DNA of 39,021 nucleotides, from the NCBI GenBank assembly GCA_964404805.1, contig CAYOLJ010000001.1, positions 2,172 to 41,192 of the forward strand, written 5' to 3'. Source of the stretch: an uncultured Candidatus Peribacteria bacterium (GTDB taxonomy: Bacteria > Patescibacteriota > Gracilibacteria > Peribacterales > Peribacteraceae). The notes under the pieces were generated by a model that was not told where the DNA came from, did no database searches, and was given only the letters and a program-made list of their open reading frames with translations. Shown piece after piece: positions 6,972 through 15,123 of this stretch; within the stretch, counting starts at the first letter, position 1, and each line of letters begins with the position of its first letter. The position numbers and the translations under genes were made by a program.

Positions 6972-8530
6972 TAACCGATCGGTTGCTGGTTCGAGTCCAG
7001 CCGGGGGAGCCAATTCTTATTTATTATAACACTGCGGTTATCCAGCAGAACCTTGATTACCTTAGCGTATTTCACTTCTGTGATTTTGCGGTCTTTCATA
7101 ACAAACTTCTCGAAGAAAAGCCCTATTAGATGTTCTTTAAGATCTGGCTCTGCTTCTTTGTAGGTGAAGTGCAGGTTGTCGGTCAGAGCCATAAGTCTGG
7201 CGAATACGTCCATATTCTCTTCACGCTCGTCGTCGAGTTCACTAAGACGTTTTTTGATCTGCTTGATGTCCTCAGTAACTTTGCCATGCTGTCTTTTGTA
7301 GGCCTCAGCATCAATCACTCTGTCTGCCCTGTCCTCTTCCAAATTGTCTCTGCGCTTCTCAAGGCGCATTTTACGGTTCAGCAATGCTCTCCTCTGGCCG
7401 TCTACGCAACGATGAGTCTCTTCAAGGATTACTTTCGCTCTGGCGATAATTTTCTCCATGAGCGGTCCTGTGAGCTGTACCTTTTTAAACTGGTCAGCAA
7501 TCATCTTCTCCAACTGCGCTGCTGGAATATTTTGACCCTTGTTGCTATGTTTTTTCTTAGTCAGAGAGCAGTGGTAATACGCTGCACCACTCTTTTCTTC
7601 GTGAAGCTCAGCGGTCATTCTGCCTCCACAAACTCCACACTGAAGGAAACGACGAAAAAAGAACCGTGAATCATGCTTTCGGGAACGGTTTGCGTTCTTG
7701 TTCAAAGATGCCAACACTTCCAGATTCTGATCAAATGTTGGCTTACTAATAAGGGGCTCATACGTTTCATTGCCGTCAGAATCTCTATTGGGATACAATA
7801 TACCTTTATAGGTCATCATTCCATAATAGAACGTATTTCTAAGCATATCTATAAACGATGATTTTGGCATTTTCTTCCCATGCTTAGAACGCAATCCACG
7901 CTCGAACATGATGTTGCTCAACTTCTCCACCGTGTAGTTCCCTGTAGAAAACAGTTTCAGTGCCTCCTTCACAAGTTCACCTTTGACTGGATCTACTCTG
8001 ACAACGTTGTGCTGACTGTCTTCGGTTCCAATGTTCACATTAATGTAACCCAGAGGAGCCCATCCAGGCCATTCTCCACATTCTATCTTTTTCTGCATGG
8101 AGCGGCTCGTCTTGGCACCATAAAGGTTGCTATAAAACTCGTTAACAGTAGACATGATTCCATCCATCATTATGCCTTCGGGTGTCTCCATCTCTGTAAA
8201 AGGTTGATTAACAGCTATTAAGCGACATCCATTCTGCTTTAGAAATTGCTGCACAGTGTGATGGTCGATGTTACTTCTAGCAAACCGATCCGTTTCTGAG
8301 ACAAGGAGAAAGCTTACCTTATGCTCTCCTATGAAATTAAGAGCATCATTAAAGCCAGGCCTGCCTTCCACTGTCCGTCCGCTTTTACCGTCGTCACGAT
8401 ACTCTCCCATAACTTCGATACCATTCGCCTCGGCATATTTTCGACACATAGAAAGCTGGTTCTCCACCGACTTACCTCTAGCCTGTTCCTCATCGCTTAC
8501 GCGCCCGTAGTTAACTGCTGTTCCTTCCAT
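6839..8530 (-). CDS. Large serine recombinase (integrase). The last ~58 codons are antisense to the tRNA 3' exon and the intron core.
   Basis: The N-terminus has the resolvase catalytic domain (NYGRVSDEEQ...LLVSETDRFARS). It is followed by a recombinase domain, a zinc ribbon (CGVCGGRMTAELHEEKSGAAYYHCS) and a coiled-coil. The tail ...NKNWLPRLDSNQQPIGY... is the translated reverse complement of the tRNA. Confidence 0.9.
   Translation of the reverse strand: MEGTAVNYGRVSDEEQARGKSVENQLSMCRKYAEANGIEVMGEYRDDGKSGRTVEGRPGFNDALNFIGEHKVSFLLVSETDRFARSNIDHHTVQQFLKQNGCRLIAVNQPFTEMETPEGIMMDGIMSTVNEFYSNLYGAKTSRSMQKKIECGEWPGWAPLGYINVNIGTEDSQHNVVRVDPVKGELVKEALKLFSTGNYTVEKLSNIMFERGLRSKHGKKMPKSSFIDMLRNTFYYGMMTYKGILYPNRDSDGNETYEPLISKPTFDQNLEVLASLNKNANRSRKHDSRFFFRRFLQCGVCGGRMTAELHEEKSGAAYYHCSLTKKKHSNKGQNIPAAQLEKMIADQFKKVQLTGPLMEKIIARAKVILEETHRCVDGQRRALLNRKMRLEKRRDNLEEDRADRVIDAEAYKRQHGKVTEDIKQIKKRLSELDDEREENMDVFARLMALTDNLHFTYKEAEPDLKEHLIGLFFEKFVMKDRKITEVKYAKVIKVLLDNRSVIINKNWLPRLDSNQQPIGYTLPFCFQKEWTISSPIIYRVRGASSRKCGTTPLRIVSEPSETP
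7002..7018. repeat. 17-nt tRNA-3'-end / junction sequence CGGGGGAGCCAATTCTT (attL candidate). Its internal 9-mer GGGAGCCAA is 7005-7013.
   Basis: An exact copy lies at 32469-32485. The 9-mer is also found at 30850-30858, at the GC-content break. Confidence 0.7.
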
Positions 8531-8753
8531 ATATAAACAAGAAGTATAAATTGTATCTTCCTAGCTTAATAGGTTGGTAATGTATGAACAGGACACAAAA
8601 GCACACGGCTTAATGTCCTTGACGGCTTCTTACATTCCCACATGGGGCACATTCCTTCGTAATCACGGCTATTTCCCTCGGTAAACCTTTTTAGGCTCTA
8701 AGACGTTGAAGTTGTCTTATCTCTTGTTAGAGGGGAAGTATGCGCGGTATGGA

Positions 8754-9200
8754 CTATAGCCATTTGCACTCCGTCGGACATACTTCTGAATTCGGCAGTT
8801 CGACAAAGCACATGAATTCGGCTCGTATCTTGCCTCCGAAATTGTTTTCCGTGTCCACGTAGCTCCTCACCATGTACTTATTCTCACTGGAAAGATACGT
8901 CACGCTGTCATTCGACATTCCCCAAGGGAACCTTGTCGGTTTCGGAGCCAAGAACTGTTTTATGTAGCTCTGAGCACAAACTGCCACTCTTACGTTTTTC
9001 ATACTCTCCATACTCTCCTGTTTCTGGACTCTCTCCTTTTCTTGCTTCCTCTGAATTTCTTCTCTGGCTGGTGGAGGCGAAGGCTTTCCTGGAAACAAAA
9101 CTGCTGAACCAACACAGATAATGAGAAACCATCTGATAGGGTGCTTCTTTAATTCCCTAAAGACGGCTGATGCTATTTTCCAAAACTTATTCCAGTCCAT
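8754..9200 (-). CDS. Small membrane-anchored protein, unknown function
   Basis: The 148-aa ORF has one N-terminal TM (IRWFLIICVGSAVLF), a charged linker, and a C-terminal domain ...SYVDTENNFGGKIRAEFMCFV... Confidence 0.55.
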   Translation of the reverse strand: MDWNKFWKIASAVFRELKKHPIRWFLIICVGSAVLFPGKPSPPPAREEIQRKQEKERVQKQESMESMKNVRVAVCAQSYIKQFLAPKPTRFPWGMSNDSVTYLSSENKYMVRSYVDTENNFGGKIRAEFMCFVELPNSEVCPTECKWL

Positions 9201-9230
9201 AGTAATAGTGGGAAAATAAACAGAAAAACT

Positions 9231-9344
9231 GCCTGTATACCCAAAGGGACGACCGAGACGGGCAACCCGTACTCGATGCCTGTCGGCATATCCTACGGCC
9301 GTCGGGTCGCCCCTTCCGACGTAGGAATGCCATTAATGACAGGT
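9231..9344. ncRNA. Unclassified GC-rich structured element (candidate ncRNA or cis-regulatory RNA)
   Basis: A ~115-nt GC-rich patch lies in an AT-rich divergent intergenic region. Visible helices are CCTGT(9232-9236)/ACAGG(9339-9343), ACGGG-CAA-CCCGT (9258-9270), ATGCC-TGTC-GGCAT (9276-9289), and CCTACG(9292-9297)/CGTAGG(9320-9325) extended by TCGG/CCGA. An alternative or pseudoknot pairing is GGGACGACC(9246-9254)/GGTCGCCCC(9305-9313). Confidence 0.25.
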
Positions 9345-9546
9345 TAATAATTATAAGAGTACTGGGTTGCCTTTGCATTTTATGTGAATTTGCCTGTAAT
9401 GAACAATTAAAACTTTTAAAGAACTTTGTTTGCTGCATCTCTGTACGAACACCACTCACAGTACTTTGATGGTTTCGGCGTACTGGACGCGATTCGAACG
9501 TATGGAAATATTCAACTTAACTAAGAAAATCACATATAGTCTCAAT

Positions 9547-10470
9547 ATGAGCAAACTAGAGAAGCAACACTTCATTCCTGAGTTCTTTCTAAAGAATTTT
9601 GTAGAAGCTGAAAGCAGGGCTCGGAAGATCTATCGTCTATGGTCTCATCGAAAAGGTGTGGAGCCCGTGCTTTGTTCCACGCGTAAGCTTGCAAGAAAGA
9701 AGCATATTTATTCAACTCGTAAGAAAATAGGAGATACATATGAAAAATCTCACGAGCAACTACTCGACAAAATTGAAAGTATTGCTGCGCCAATCATTAC
9801 AAAAATTTTAACCACAAAAGATCTTTTCAAGTTGGATCAAAGAGAGCGAGATGATTTTTCCATTTTTATTGTAATACTAGCCGAACGCAACCCAATAGCG
9901 TTTTCGACTACAGATGCAATGATGAGAAGACTTTTTCTAAAAGAATATGCAGAGTCTATGAAGAAAACATCGGATAGTGATCTTCGAGAGATTTATGAAA
10001 AATCGAAAGCAAAGAATAAAGAATTAGAAAACGTTTCATTTGAAGAGGCTCGACAGGTGATGCTTGAAGGCCCTAAAGAAGAAAATTTAGCGCTCCCATT
10101 TAGCCATGGTATAAGCTCAATGTGGCAGGCGGCAAAAGAATGTTCGAAGTATATGCACATGAGGCAGTGGCAGCTGCTCTCTTCTGAGAAGGTTGGTAAG
10201 CACTTTTGGTTGTCCGATAATCCTGTCATAAAAATTCGGGATATACCGGAAGAAGAAGTGTATGAAGTCATGCAAGGTGGTTGGGGTAGGAAAGATTTAG
10301 AAATTGCCCTGCCACTCAGTCCCACTCTATGTTTTTATGCTGCAGGAAAGGTAGATGAGCAATTTTCAGTTATTAACACTACCTCAGTTGCAGCAATTAA
10401 TTGGTGGACCGTGCAACAAGCTGTCGATGAAGTCTATACCGCCACTAAAGAATTAGATGTTTGGAGTTAA
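9547..10470 (+). CDS. DUF4238-like protein
   Basis: The N-terminus MSKLEKQHFIPEFFLKNF matches the H-(F/Y)-(I/V)-P-x-F-(F/Y)-L-x-x-F start typical of DUF4238. Later motifs are LSDNPV and ALPLSPTLCF. The ORF is open from 9430, but the family-like start is the ATG at 9547. Confidence 0.7.
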   Translation: MSKLEKQHFIPEFFLKNFVEAESRARKIYRLWSHRKGVEPVLCSTRKLARKKHIYSTRKKIGDTYEKSHEQLLDKIESIAAPIITKILTTKDLFKLDQRERDDFSIFIVILAERNPIAFSTTDAMMRRLFLKEYAESMKKTSDSDLREIYEKSKAKNKELENVSFEEARQVMLEGPKEENLALPFSHGISSMWQAAKECSKYMHMRQWQLLSSEKVGKHFWLSDNPVIKIRDIPEEEVYEVMQGGWGRKDLEIALPLSPTLCFYAAGKVDEQFSVINTTSVAAINWWTVQQAVDEVYTATKELDVWS

Positions 10471-10555
10471 ACACTACTTATCCTCCCTCTTATAATGAAA
10501 TTCACCCAATCTCAGATCGATACGTACATTGAGTTCTTCACTATTCTTGCTAATG

Positions 10556-11389
10556 TCAGGCGGAGAGAGCTTCTGAAGCATCTTCCCGATACTGACACCA
10601 CTCACAATCAACAAAAGACTTCGGCGCTTTCTTCTGCTGAAGACACTTGTGAGCATCGATAATCGCCTTCTCTACCCAGCTTCGATCGCCTTTGTGAGAG
10701 ATGATCTGTTCATCGAAAACGAGTTTGCTACCAAATCCTGCTTGTCCTGTATCTGCATTCACATACACCCAGTAGCCGGTATCTGAGACATTGAATCCAT
10801 TCTTTTCCAATAACCACTGGTAAATTTCCATCTGCCTTTTGTAGGCATCTTTCCATGGAGTACCGTCATTGATATCGATCTCTTTAGTTGTGCTTGTAGA
10901 CTTATAATCCACAACCGGGAGTTTGCCCTTCGGATCAACCCAGATATCATCTACAGCTCCTGTGATCAGCAGGTTCGTTGGTTCATGTAAATACTACACA
11001 CCCTTAAAGTTCTCTCTCCACTCGCCCATTTTTTCGTGCTGGAATGGCACTGCATCTATCTTGTACTTTTTCATGAGAGGATGAGGCTTACTTTTTGCCC
11101 TGCAAATATCGAACTCCTTCTTAAGGAGGGTATCTGTTGCGGAGTTTAGAGTGAATGCTGGGCCAGAGACTTGTCCTACTCCCAAACGACGGTCGAGATA
11201 GAAGCACCGAGGACATTTGAGGAAGTTATCTATCTTCGAACGACTAAGTTTGAAAGGCTCTTTTGATTTGGGGTCAAAGATGTTGCGTGTGCGGGGTACG
11301 ATTGGATAATAGACTATGTTTGAATGGGTGTGTATATTATTAGTAACTCCACTCAACATGCCCCAGAGCTGACCGATTGAGTTCTTCAC
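10556..11389 (-). pseudogene. Cas4/RecB-like PD-(D/E)XK nuclease interrupted by a single in-frame TAG (10994-10996)
   Basis: ORFs 10994..11389 and 10556..10912 are in the same frame. The intervening codons read ...NFKGV*YLHEPTNLLITGAVDDIWVDPKGKLPVVDYKSTS... The N-terminal Cys (FLKCPRCFY), the D...DYK core and the C-terminal CEWCQY cluster fit a Cas4-like Fe-S nuclease. Confidence 0.7.
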
Positions 11390-12113
11390 GTAAATGCCTC
11401 CATTTCGGCGAGTATTTGCTCATGGCAGCAATGAAGTCATCATTATGGTTTCGGACAAGCAGATGCACCATCTCATGGATCAGCACGTACTCAATGCTCT
11501 CGATCGGTTTCTTGGCTAACTCAGTATTCAGCCAAATTCTTTTTGCCTTGGAGTTACAGGTGCCCCATTTTGTCTTCATTGTCCTGATACATACCTCGGC
11601 CACTCTAACATTCATTTTCTTCTCAAATTTCGCGACATACTGCGGGATCAACTGCCTGAGCTGTTGTCTGTACCAAGCATGCAATATTTCTTCTCTCTGG
11701 TCCCTTGAAGTACCTTTGCGAATATAGAGCTCAATAGTGCCATGTTTTAGAACTACTCTCGGAGCAGCTTCCCGCTCTATCACTTTCAGTAAATATCTTT
11801 GTCCAAGGTAGTAATGGCTTTCACGTGTGACATACTCCCTAGAAGTCTCCCTTTTTTGCCTTTGAAGCTTGGCCTGCTGTTTTCGTATCCAGCCCAGCTT
11901 GGAAATACTAAATAGTCGGATGGTTTCTAGATCCATCTGTTGTGGTGCTGAAATTGTTACTCTGCCATGGGGTGGATACACACTCAGATGAACGTTCTTG
12001 ATGTTCTTGTGAATGACATCAAGGCAAATGTCGCCCAGCTCAATTGTGCTTCTCCTAGTATTCATATTGTTGCTTAATGATCTGGAAGATTCTTTCAACT
12101 TCAACTTTATCAT
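11340..12113 (-). CDS. M48/YgjP-like (DUF45) zinc metallopeptidase associated with type I R-M
   Basis: An HEMVHL (HExxH) motif lies near the C-terminus, and the position after hsdR is typical. The probable true start is the ATG at 12065 (MNTRRSTIELG), which overlaps the hsdR stop by 11 nt. Confidence 0.8.
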   Translation of the reverse strand: MIKLKLKESSRSLSNNMNTRRSTIELGDICLDVIHKNIKNVHLSVYPPHGRVTISAPQQMDLETIRLFSISKLGWIRKQQAKLQRQKRETSREYVTRESHYYLGQRYLLKVIEREAAPRVVLKHGTIELYIRKGTSRDQREEILHAWYRQQLRQLIPQYVAKFEKKMNVRVAEVCIRTMKTKWGTCNSKAKRIWLNTELAKKPIESIEYVLIHEMVHLLVRNHNDDFIAAMSKYSPKWRHLREELNRSALGHVEWSY

Positions 12114-15100
12114 TCAGTACTTTAAACAAGGCCTGCTTGATCAGATTCTCGCTAGGGATATTGCCTCGCCAGTCGGCACGCCTGCTAGCGAATACCGCAG
12201 CATCAATGGAAATCGCCAATTCCTCACTCTTCCCAAGATTACGGTACAGCGCCCGTTGCGCGTTTGTTTCTATTCCTCTTGGAAGGTCGTCACGGGTGAG
12301 ATTCGCCACTCGTCTCACCAGCTCAAGGATCTTCTTCAAATACTCTTCATAACTCACGGCGTTTGTTTTCCGCTCTCTCACAATCTCACTCAAGAGCTTG
12401 GACATCTCCTCAAAATACACAGGGTCGATCAGGTGATCCTTGATGATCTTGGTGCGTACGTTGTTTTCAATGGTCTCCGCCACCGCTTCTTTACTGCTTC
12501 GTATCCCCTCCGGTAGTGATTTGATCGCATCTGCGAGTCCGCTATTGATCATGATATCGAGTAGAGACTGGTCGCCGAACGGATCAATGCGCCTGCTGTC
12601 TTCCGCTTGAATGTAGGTATCGATCAGGTGCCGCATGTCGGCCTCATAGGTCTTGAGATCAAGCTTTTCACCGCTTGCCATGCGGATTTCCTCTCTGAGC
12701 TTCAGATACTTGTCCACTTTGCCTTTGATAACCTCCGTCTCATCGGCGTTGTACCCGGCCTCGCTCATCTCATCTGCGATGTTCGCATACGAACGTATCA
12801 GCCCGACCGTGTGCTTGTAGAGCGCTGCGCGTTTCATCTCACTGTCTTTCAAGTCCTGCTTGTTCTCCGGATTGCCACAGAAGTAACGAATGTACGCCAA
12901 ACTATCCTTTGGAGGTTGGACTGGCTCACAAACCAGAGCAATGGCTTCTAGAGCGTTATCCAGTCGTTCTTTGCCCTTCGCCAAGCGATCTTTCAGCACG
13001 ATATCGATGTCCTCTTTCTCGAAATTCTCCGAGTCCAATTCGGACGTGTATGCCGAATACGCACCTTCCAGTTTCTGGAATAAGTCCTTGTAGTCGACGA
13101 TGTAGCCGAAATCTTTGTCCTCACCATCCAAGCGGTTCACGCGACAAATCGCCTGGAACAGGCCGTGATCCTGCATCTTCTTGTCGATGTAAAGATATGT
13201 GCAGGGAGGCGCGTCGAAACCAACCAGAAGCTTATCGACTACGATGAGCAGTTTCATGTTTGCCGGTTCATCAATGAATTGCTTCTTAGCCTTGTCCTCG
13301 TAGGTTTCACACTTGGATTTGCCTGGTTCTGCAGCAACATCCTGAAGGAGATCGGTATAAATCTTATACACATACTCCTTCTCGGTTTCGGTATTCTCAC
13401 CCGTTCCCTCGGTTGTAATATCTTTCGTTACGGGATTGTACGAGGTAATCAGGGCACATTTCCCTTTGAGGGAAGTATTCTGGAATAACTCAAAATAGCG
13501 AGTCGCTTCGTAGATTCTTCCCGCGACCAGAATGGCATTCCCGAACTCAGAATCCAGCCGTCGCTTCGTACTGAAGTCGAGAACGATGTCCTGCACTATC
13601 TTCTCCAGACGAGATTTTGAGCTGAGCACCTGCTGCATCGTGCCCCACTTCTTCTTCAGTTCATGTTTCTGGAAGTCATTGAGTCCTTTGGTCTTCGCAT
13701 CAAACCATGCATCCACCTTCTCCTCTGACGAGAGCTTCGTATCAATGTCCCGCGCCTCATAGATCAAATCCAAGACGACCCCATCCTCCACCGCCTCATT
13801 GAATTTATAGGTGTGGATGTATCTGCCGAATACCTCTTGGCTTGTCTGCTTGTCTTTCTTGAGCAGAGGCGTCCCGGTGAAGCCGATGAATACGGCGTTT
13901 TTCAGGATCGCCTTCATCACCTTGTGCATCTTGCCGGACTCCGAGCGGTGACACTCATCCACGAAGACGAACAACTCGCCAACGGTATTGCTGGGGGCAC
14001 TCTGCAACTCCTTAATGTACGCGTCGAAATTACTCTTGTCGCGTGTCCCGAATTTGTGGATGAGTGAGCAAAGAAGGCGAGGCAGTGGATTGTTGAGCTG
14101 CTCCATTAGGTCCTTGCCGCTTGTCGTGCGTTTCATTTCCCTTTCACCTGCCCCATGAAAAACTCGCTCGATCTGCTTATCCAGCTCAATCCGATCCGTC
14201 AGAATAACCACCCGCGCATTGGGATTATTTTCCAGTATCCACTTGGCCAGCCACACCATGATGAGGCTCTTGCCGCTGCCCTGCGTGTGCCAAATGATGC
14301 CGCCTTCCCGTCGCTTCACAAACTCCTGCGCCGCCTTGATACCGAAATACTGATGAGTTCTCGGCAGCTTCTTGATCCCACCGTCAAACAGGACAAAATC
14401 ATACAGCACTTCCAGCAGTCGCTTCTTGTCGCACATCTTGAGCAGATATTTATCCAGCTGAAGCATGCTGTCGTCCTCCTCGTCCTCCTTCCACTTCAGA
14501 TAGTACTTTTCGGGAGTGAGAATTGTTCCGTACTTGAGTCCTTCGGTGTCGTTACCGGCAAAGATAAATTGGACAGTAGAGAAGAATGACTCGATAAATT
14601 CTTTCTGTTGGTTGACTATGCTCTGACGGATGCCGTCGCCGATAGAGACGGTGCTCCGTTTCAGCTCTATCACGCCAAGTGCGATACCGTTCACATACAA
14701 CACAATGTCGGGGCGCTTTTCACGATTCCCCTGAATCGTCACTTCCTCCGCGATTGCGAAGTTGTTCTTCGTTGGATTCTTCCAATCAATCAGTTCAATA
14801 GTTTCATTGTTATCAGCCACGTTTTCTTTCGCCTTGATCCCATAGCGAAGCAATTTGTAGACATTCTGATTGTTGGTGTAGAGGCTTTCACCGTAGTTGT
14901 TGGCTGCGGCACGCAGTTTGTCCAAAGCACGCGCAATCAACGTATCGCTATACCCACGACCGGAGAGATATTTCCTAACCTCTCCCTCTTCAATGTTGCT
15001 GTTCTCCAGCCGATCTTCCCAGTTACCCAAATACTCATACTTCAACCGATCCCGAAACAGCGCCACAATTCGATTCTGGGTTCTGCGTTCTGGTTGGCCT

Positions 15101-15123
15101 GAATCTTGATTGGCTGGATTCAT
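12055..15123 (-). CDS. hsdR: Type I restriction enzyme R subunit
   Basis: 1022 aa. The helicase motifs are HTQGSGKS (Walker A) and FVDECHRS (DEAH box). ATGA overlap with the hsdS stop. Confidence 0.95.
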   Translation of the reverse strand: MNPANQDSGQPERRTQNRIVALFRDRLKYEYLGNWEDRLENSNIEEGEVRKYLSGRGYSDTLIARALDKLRAAANNYGESLYTNNQNVYKLLRYGIKAKENVADNNETIELIDWKNPTKNNFAIAEEVTIQGNREKRPDIVLYVNGIALGVIELKRSTVSIGDGIRQSIVNQQKEFIESFFSTVQFIFAGNDTEGLKYGTILTPEKYYLKWKEDEEDDSMLQLDKYLLKMCDKKRLLEVLYDFVLFDGGIKKLPRTHQYFGIKAAQEFVKRREGGIIWHTQGSGKSLIMVWLAKWILENNPNARVVILTDRIELDKQIERVFHGAGEREMKRTTSGKDLMEQLNNPLPRLLCSLIHKFGTRDKSNFDAYIKELQSAPSNTVGELFVFVDECHRSESGKMHKVMKAILKNAVFIGFTGTPLLKKDKQTSQEVFGRYIHTYKFNEAVEDGVVLDLIYEARDIDTKLSSEEKVDAWFDAKTKGLNDFQKHELKKKWGTMQQVLSSKSRLEKIVQDIVLDFSTKRRLDSEFGNAILVAGRIYEATRYFELFQNTSLKGKCALITSYNPVTKDITTEGTGENTETEKEYVYKIYTDLLQDVAAEPGKSKCETYEDKAKKQFIDEPANMKLLIVVDKLLVGFDAPPCTYLYIDKKMQDHGLFQAICRVNRLDGEDKDFGYIVDYKDLFQKLEGAYSAYTSELDSENFEKEDIDIVLKDRLAKGKERLDNALEAIALVCEPVQPPKDSLAYIRYFCGNPENKQDLKDSEMKRAALYKHTVGLIRSYANIADEMSEAGYNADETEVIKGKVDKYLKLREEIRMASGEKLDLKTYEADMRHLIDTYIQAEDSRRIDPFGDQSLLDIMINSGLADAIKSLPEGIRSSKEAVAETIENNVRTKIIKDHLIDPVYFEEMSKLLSEIVRERKTNAVSYEEYLKKILELVRRVANLTRDDLPRGIETNAQRALYRNLGKSEELAISIDAAVFASRRADWRGNIPSENLIKQALFKVLNDKVEVERIFQIIKQQYEY

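Larger units (their letters stand above)
6385..7012 (+). tRNA. tRNA-Asn(GUU) interrupted by a group I intron. Exons are 6385-6418 and 6972-7012, with CCA encoded.
   Basis: The joined exons fold as a cloverleaf: acceptor TCCCCTG/CGGGGGA, D arm GCTC-AATGGTA-GAGC, anticodon stem ATCGG/CCGAT, T arm GCTGG-TTCGAGT-CCAGC, G73 and CCA. Splicing after U6418 and after G6971 gives the loop CTGTTAA. From memory, the body closely resembles E. coli tRNA-Asn (UCCUCUGUAG...GGUUCGAGUCCAG...GGAGCCA). Confidence 0.8.

Noticed and set aside
6385-7012. Reading the split tRNA as tRNA-His(GUG) by joining at the AAC microrepeat (6420-6422 / 6973-6975), or as an archaeal-type 37/38 intron
   Set aside because: The insert has clear group I P/Q/R/S elements, so splice sites should follow a U and a terminal G. 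That gives anticodon GUU. The discriminator is G73 (an Asn feature) and cannot pair with G-1 as bacterial tRNA-His requires. The tRNA body resembles tRNA-Asn. A third formal option (U33|G6969, anticodon UGU) has no guide-sequence support.
9231-9344. TPP riboswitch, glycine riboswitch or SRP RNA identity for the GC-rich structured element
   Set aside because: Only short resemblances are present on the minus strand (AACCUG...UAAUG; UCGGAAGGGGCGAC). The conserved cores (CUGAGA/ACCUGAUCUGGAUAAUGCCAGCG, CCGAAGGGGCAA plus CUCUGGAGAG, and the SRP GGAA tetraloop helix) are absent.
9430-9546. N-terminal 39-aa extension of the DUF4238 ORF
   Set aside because: The family-typical N-terminus (QHFIPEFFLKNF) begins right after the ATG at 9547. 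The extension starts with a non-ATG codon and overlaps the AT-rich promoter-like region.
10994-10996. Genome- or element-wide reassignment of TAG to a sense codon
   Set aside because: hsdR in the same operon ends on TAG (12055-12057) at a sensible C-terminus with the next gene overlapping it. No other gene in the window needs TAG readthrough. A point nonsense mutation or local readthrough is more parsimonious.
12013-15109. Numerous + strand ORFs of 60-170 aa opposite hsdR (e.g. 12013..12516, 14155..14589, 14608..15102)
   Set aside because: They are antisense to a 1022-aa gene with clear helicase motifs and have low-complexity Leu/Ser/Phe-rich translations.
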